DNA of 64,000 nucleotides from Malacoraja senta (taxonomy: Eukaryota): assembly GCA_038087875.1 (NCBI GenBank), contig CM075996.1, positions 5,892,001 through 5,956,000 on the forward strand. The letters are read 5' to 3'. Within the stretch, counting starts at the first letter, position 1, and each line of letters opens with the position of its first letter. The position numbers were made by a program, and so were the translations under genes. Below the pieces are notes generated by a model. The model saw nothing but the letters and a program-made list of their open reading frames with translations, made no database searches and was not told the DNA's origin. This document shows positions 63,856 through 64,000 of the stretch, in pieces.

Positions 63856-64000
63856 GTATACAAACTGAAACGGTACAATATTTGAACTGTGTTTTTCTGT
63901 GTTTGAAATTGCTGTTTTAAATTATTGATATCTATGATGACTTAGTTGTGCGTTACATTTGCACAACAACACAACGGAGTCACTTTAAATGTAATTGTGA

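Overview
Vertebrate genomic DNA, most likely a cartilaginous fish (skate or ray), judged from HE1-type SINEs, CR1/HER1-type LINEs and very abundant Penelope-derived short repeats. Four complete spliced genes can be reconstructed by hand: DHDH (+, 7 exons, 334 aa, one GC-AG intron), RPS11 (-, 5 exons, 158 aa, with an intronic U35/SNORD35 snoRNA), ZBTB45 (-, 599 aa) and a THAP7-like gene (+, 359 aa) head-to-head with ZBTB45. There is also the first coding exon of an unidentified nuclear-protein gene at 54.5 kb. Mobile DNA includes a decayed Tc1 (DD34E) element, Harbinger MITEs, two non-autonomous DNA elements with 7-bp TSDs, and CR1, Rex, RTE and Penelope fragments. The most striking signal is in RNA structure. 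(1) A ~138-nt SINE, present twice, has a first 54 nt that folds on paper into a minimal CPEB3/HDV-like self-cleaving ribozyme, and its TSD-defined 5' end falls exactly on the predicted cleavage site. (2) Many Penelope-derived short repeats carry a minimal type I hammerhead core. All calls are by eye; no searches or folding programs were run.
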